Positions 61,458 through 64,000 of a DNA stretch of 64,000 bases are shown here, one piece after another. Source of the stretch: Azolla caroliniana (taxonomy: Eukaryota > Plantae > Polypodiophyta); contig JBHGNT010000022.1 in assembly GCA_043228905.1 (NCBI GenBank), positions 7,316,001-7,380,000 on the forward strand, in the 5' to 3' direction. The first letter of the stretch is position 1. Every line of letters begins with the position of its first letter. The position numbers and the translations under genes are program-made. The notes beneath the pieces were generated by a model. That model saw only the letters and a list, made by a program, of their open reading frames with translations. It was not told the origin of the DNA and did no database searches.

Positions 61458-63370
61458 TGTTGGGAGACAGGTCCCTCCGGATGGGAAGGGAGAAGAACAG
61501 TGCTGATGAACAATTTCGGCCGAGGCCGAAACCGGATGAGGAGTACCCGGCTACGGAGAGCCGGATGGTGCAGACCCAGTATGAACCGGATAAGGAGTAC
61601 CCGGCTACAGAGAGCCGGATGATGCAATACCCGATATGAACCGGATAAGGAGTACCCGGCTACGGAGAGCTGGATGATGCAGACCCGGTATGAACCGGAT
61701 GAGGAGTACCCGGCTACGGAGAGCCGGATGGTGCAGACCCGGTATGAACCGGATGAGCAGATATATTGGTAAATATGTTTCTGAGAGTCCATCGAGGCTG
61801 TATTTGTAAATAGCCGAAAAGTCATATTAGTATAAATATGACTTAGGGCAAACTTTTAGATAAGTGGTTGTTGTCATTCTTGTTGGTGCAAGAATAGAGT
61901 GTGTGCGTAACTGTACAGAGAGAGAGAGAGAGAGAGAAAGAGATCGTTGCCTCTGTTGTAACCGCCGCCTGTGGCGAGGATCTGTGAGCACGAGGTCGGT
62001 GCCTCAGTGAACTCACTGTTGTACATTCCATCATAGTGATAGTTTGCAGCCTGTGGGCTGCCGTGGTTTTTTCCCTACTTTGGGGTTTTCCACATAAACC
62101 TCCTGTGTACCTCGTCTCTTCTTTGTGTCGCGTTCTATTTCCCGTTTTCTGTGTATCATTCTAAGCTCGGTTGTGGTCGAGCGTTGTGCATAAGGAACGA
62201 CGAGTTCCCGTCAAGTGGTATCAGAGCGAAATCGACACAGAAAATGGACGAATCGTTCGGCGGCATGTTCAAGCTCACCGGCTCCAACTATTCAGTGTGG
62301 AAGTCGAAGATGAGGGACATGCTCGTTGTTAAAGACCTCTGGCTGCCGGTTCAGTTCGGGGACAAGAGACCGGACAAAATCGAAGCCGCGATATGGGAGG
62401 TGATGCACATGAAGACAACGGCGTACATACGGTGCTTCATCGACATGAGCCTGTACAACAACTTCAATGAAGAGAGCAAGGCTCATGAGCTCTGGGAGAA
62501 GATCGGCATAATGTTTCAAAACAAAAATGCTGTTAATCAGGTTTCGGTATTCCAGAAGCTAGTAAGACTCCGGTACCAAGATGGCTCCAGCATGGCGGAG
62601 CACATGAATGCCTTCCAGGGGCTGATCTACCAGGCAACTTCATTGGAAGTACCTCTCGCCGATGAGGTACTAGCGCTACTCCTGCTCGATTCCCTCCCGG
62701 ATAGCTGGGAGACGTTGGTTGTCACTTTGGGCAACGCTGGGCCGGAAGGAAAACAGTTATCCCTAGCAAGAGTAAAGTCGAGCTTGCTAGATGAGGAGGC
62801 GCGTCGGAAAGATAAAGATACGAGCTCCGACTCGAAAGTGCTCCTTACTGAATCGGAATGCGGAAGACAGAGAAACCGTAGTCCCCAGAACCGGGAGAAG
62901 TCGGGGACACGGTCAAAGTCAAGGGGGAGGCCCACTTGCTTCTATTGCGGCAAGCCGGGTCACTTCCAAAAGAACTGTCGGCATTTCCGTAAAGACAAGG
63001 AAACCGACGGTACCAATTCGAAGCGGACCCCGGACCGGAACGGTAAAGACCGGAGGCGGCCGGACCGGAAGGGAACGATGGCAATCGCGGCAAGTGAAGA
63101 AGAGTTGATGCTCATCACCGAGGAGAGTGAGATAAACCTTGCCGGAGACAAGACGACCTGGGTGGTAGACTCCGGAGCGTCGTTCCACCTATCCCCGGAC
63201 CGAAAATGCTTCTCATCCTACTTAGCCGGTGATCATTGTTGTGTTCGGATGGGGAATGAAGGTACATGCCGAATTATCGGCATAGGAGACGTGTGGCTGT
63301 CGACACCAACCGGATGCAAGTTGCTACTGAGGGATGTCTGACACGTTCCGGAGGTTCGACTGAACCTGAT
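61458..63370 (+). mobile_element. Copia family A element, 5' part (LTR 61458-62213, PBS-Met 62216-62227, gag-PR from 62244)
   Basis: TGGTATCAGAGC; KLTGSNYSVW, CFYCGKPGHFQKNC, VVDSGASFH; TGA at 63339-63341. Confidence 0.93.
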
Positions 63371-64000
63371 TGTTGGGATTACGGTCCCTCCGGATGGGAT
63401 GGTCGGATGTCCGGGAATCGGATGATGAATACCCCGGCTACGGAGCCGGATGATGAAGACCCCGACTACGGAGCCGGATGATGAAGACCCCGACTACGGA
63501 GCCGGATGCTGAAGACCCCGACTACGGAGCCGGATGCTGAAGACTCCGGCTACGGAGCCGGATGCTGAAGACCCCGGCTACGGAGCCGGATGACGAATGT
63601 ACCCGGAGAGAGATCCGGATGTGGGGACATATTTGTGAATATGTTTGCCAAGAGCCCTTGAGGCTATATTTGTAAATAGCCCGAAAGTCATATGTGTATA
63701 AATATGACTTAGGGCAAACAGTTTTTTTTTGTTGCTCATTTTTATGTTTTCAGCCGAGAGAGCAAAGTGAGAGCAGCCGAGAGAGAGGGAGAGAAAGGAA
63801 GAGGTCGACATCTCTGTGTATCACCGCCGCCTGTGGCGAAGACAGTGAGCTCAAGGTCTTTGCCTTGTAGCTTCACCATTGTACACCTCTGTTTATAGTG
63901 ATAGTTGGAGTTTGAGGACTCCCGTGGTTTTTCCCATTTAGGGTTTTCCACGTAAAACATCAAGTGTACTCCTCTCTCTATTGTCCTCGTGCACTTTGTA
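63371..64000 (+). mobile_element. LTR of a related Copia subfamily inserted into the protease region, running off the window; contains ~6 copies of a 28-bp unit
   Basis: TGTTGGGATTACGGTCCCTCCGGATGGGA start; shared GAGGCTATATTTGTAAATAGCC...TATAAATATGACTTAGGG block; unit gagccggatgctgaagaccccgactacg. Confidence 0.88.

Noticed and set aside
1-64000. Window start and end being two halves of one Copia copy
   Set aside because: The order is reversed (3' half first, 5' half last) and the LTRs differ in sequence and repeat number, so they are separate insertions of one family.

Overview
This is eukaryotic heterochromatin-type DNA, most likely from a non-seed land plant (inferred from the TE lineages), made almost entirely of nested transposable elements; no host gene was found. 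(1) An old Athila-like Ty3/Gypsy element (9838-45125, +) carries five internal insertions: a solo LTR (10161-10936), a 10.8-kb TIR DNA transposon (12879-23681), a Ty1/Copia (25539-31600), a non-autonomous tRNA-Trp-primed Gypsy (32817-37795, -) and an internally deleted Copia (37922-41492). (2) Its 5' LTR end is hit by a Copia (1-9837), whose 3' LTR end is hit by a full-length tRNA-Trp-primed Gypsy (2807-9831). (3) Further right lie Copia debris and a Tcn1-like chromovirus relic split by a near-intact Athila-like element (48090-58283, -), then two more Copia insertions. The most notable item is the DNA transposon. It has a Sola2-like transposase, a 3-bp TSD, convergent cargo (a spliced RING-finger gene and an FCP1-like pseudo-phosphatase) and kb-long arrays of the palindrome TAGCTAATTAGCTA placed in introns and next to the TIRs. 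Also notable: a Gypsy lineage whose three insertions have 4-bp TSDs centred on CG, an Athila-like family with no polypurine tract before its 3' LTR, and tRNA-like A/B-box modules in two unrelated LTRs. All calls were made by eye; family names need profile-search confirmation.
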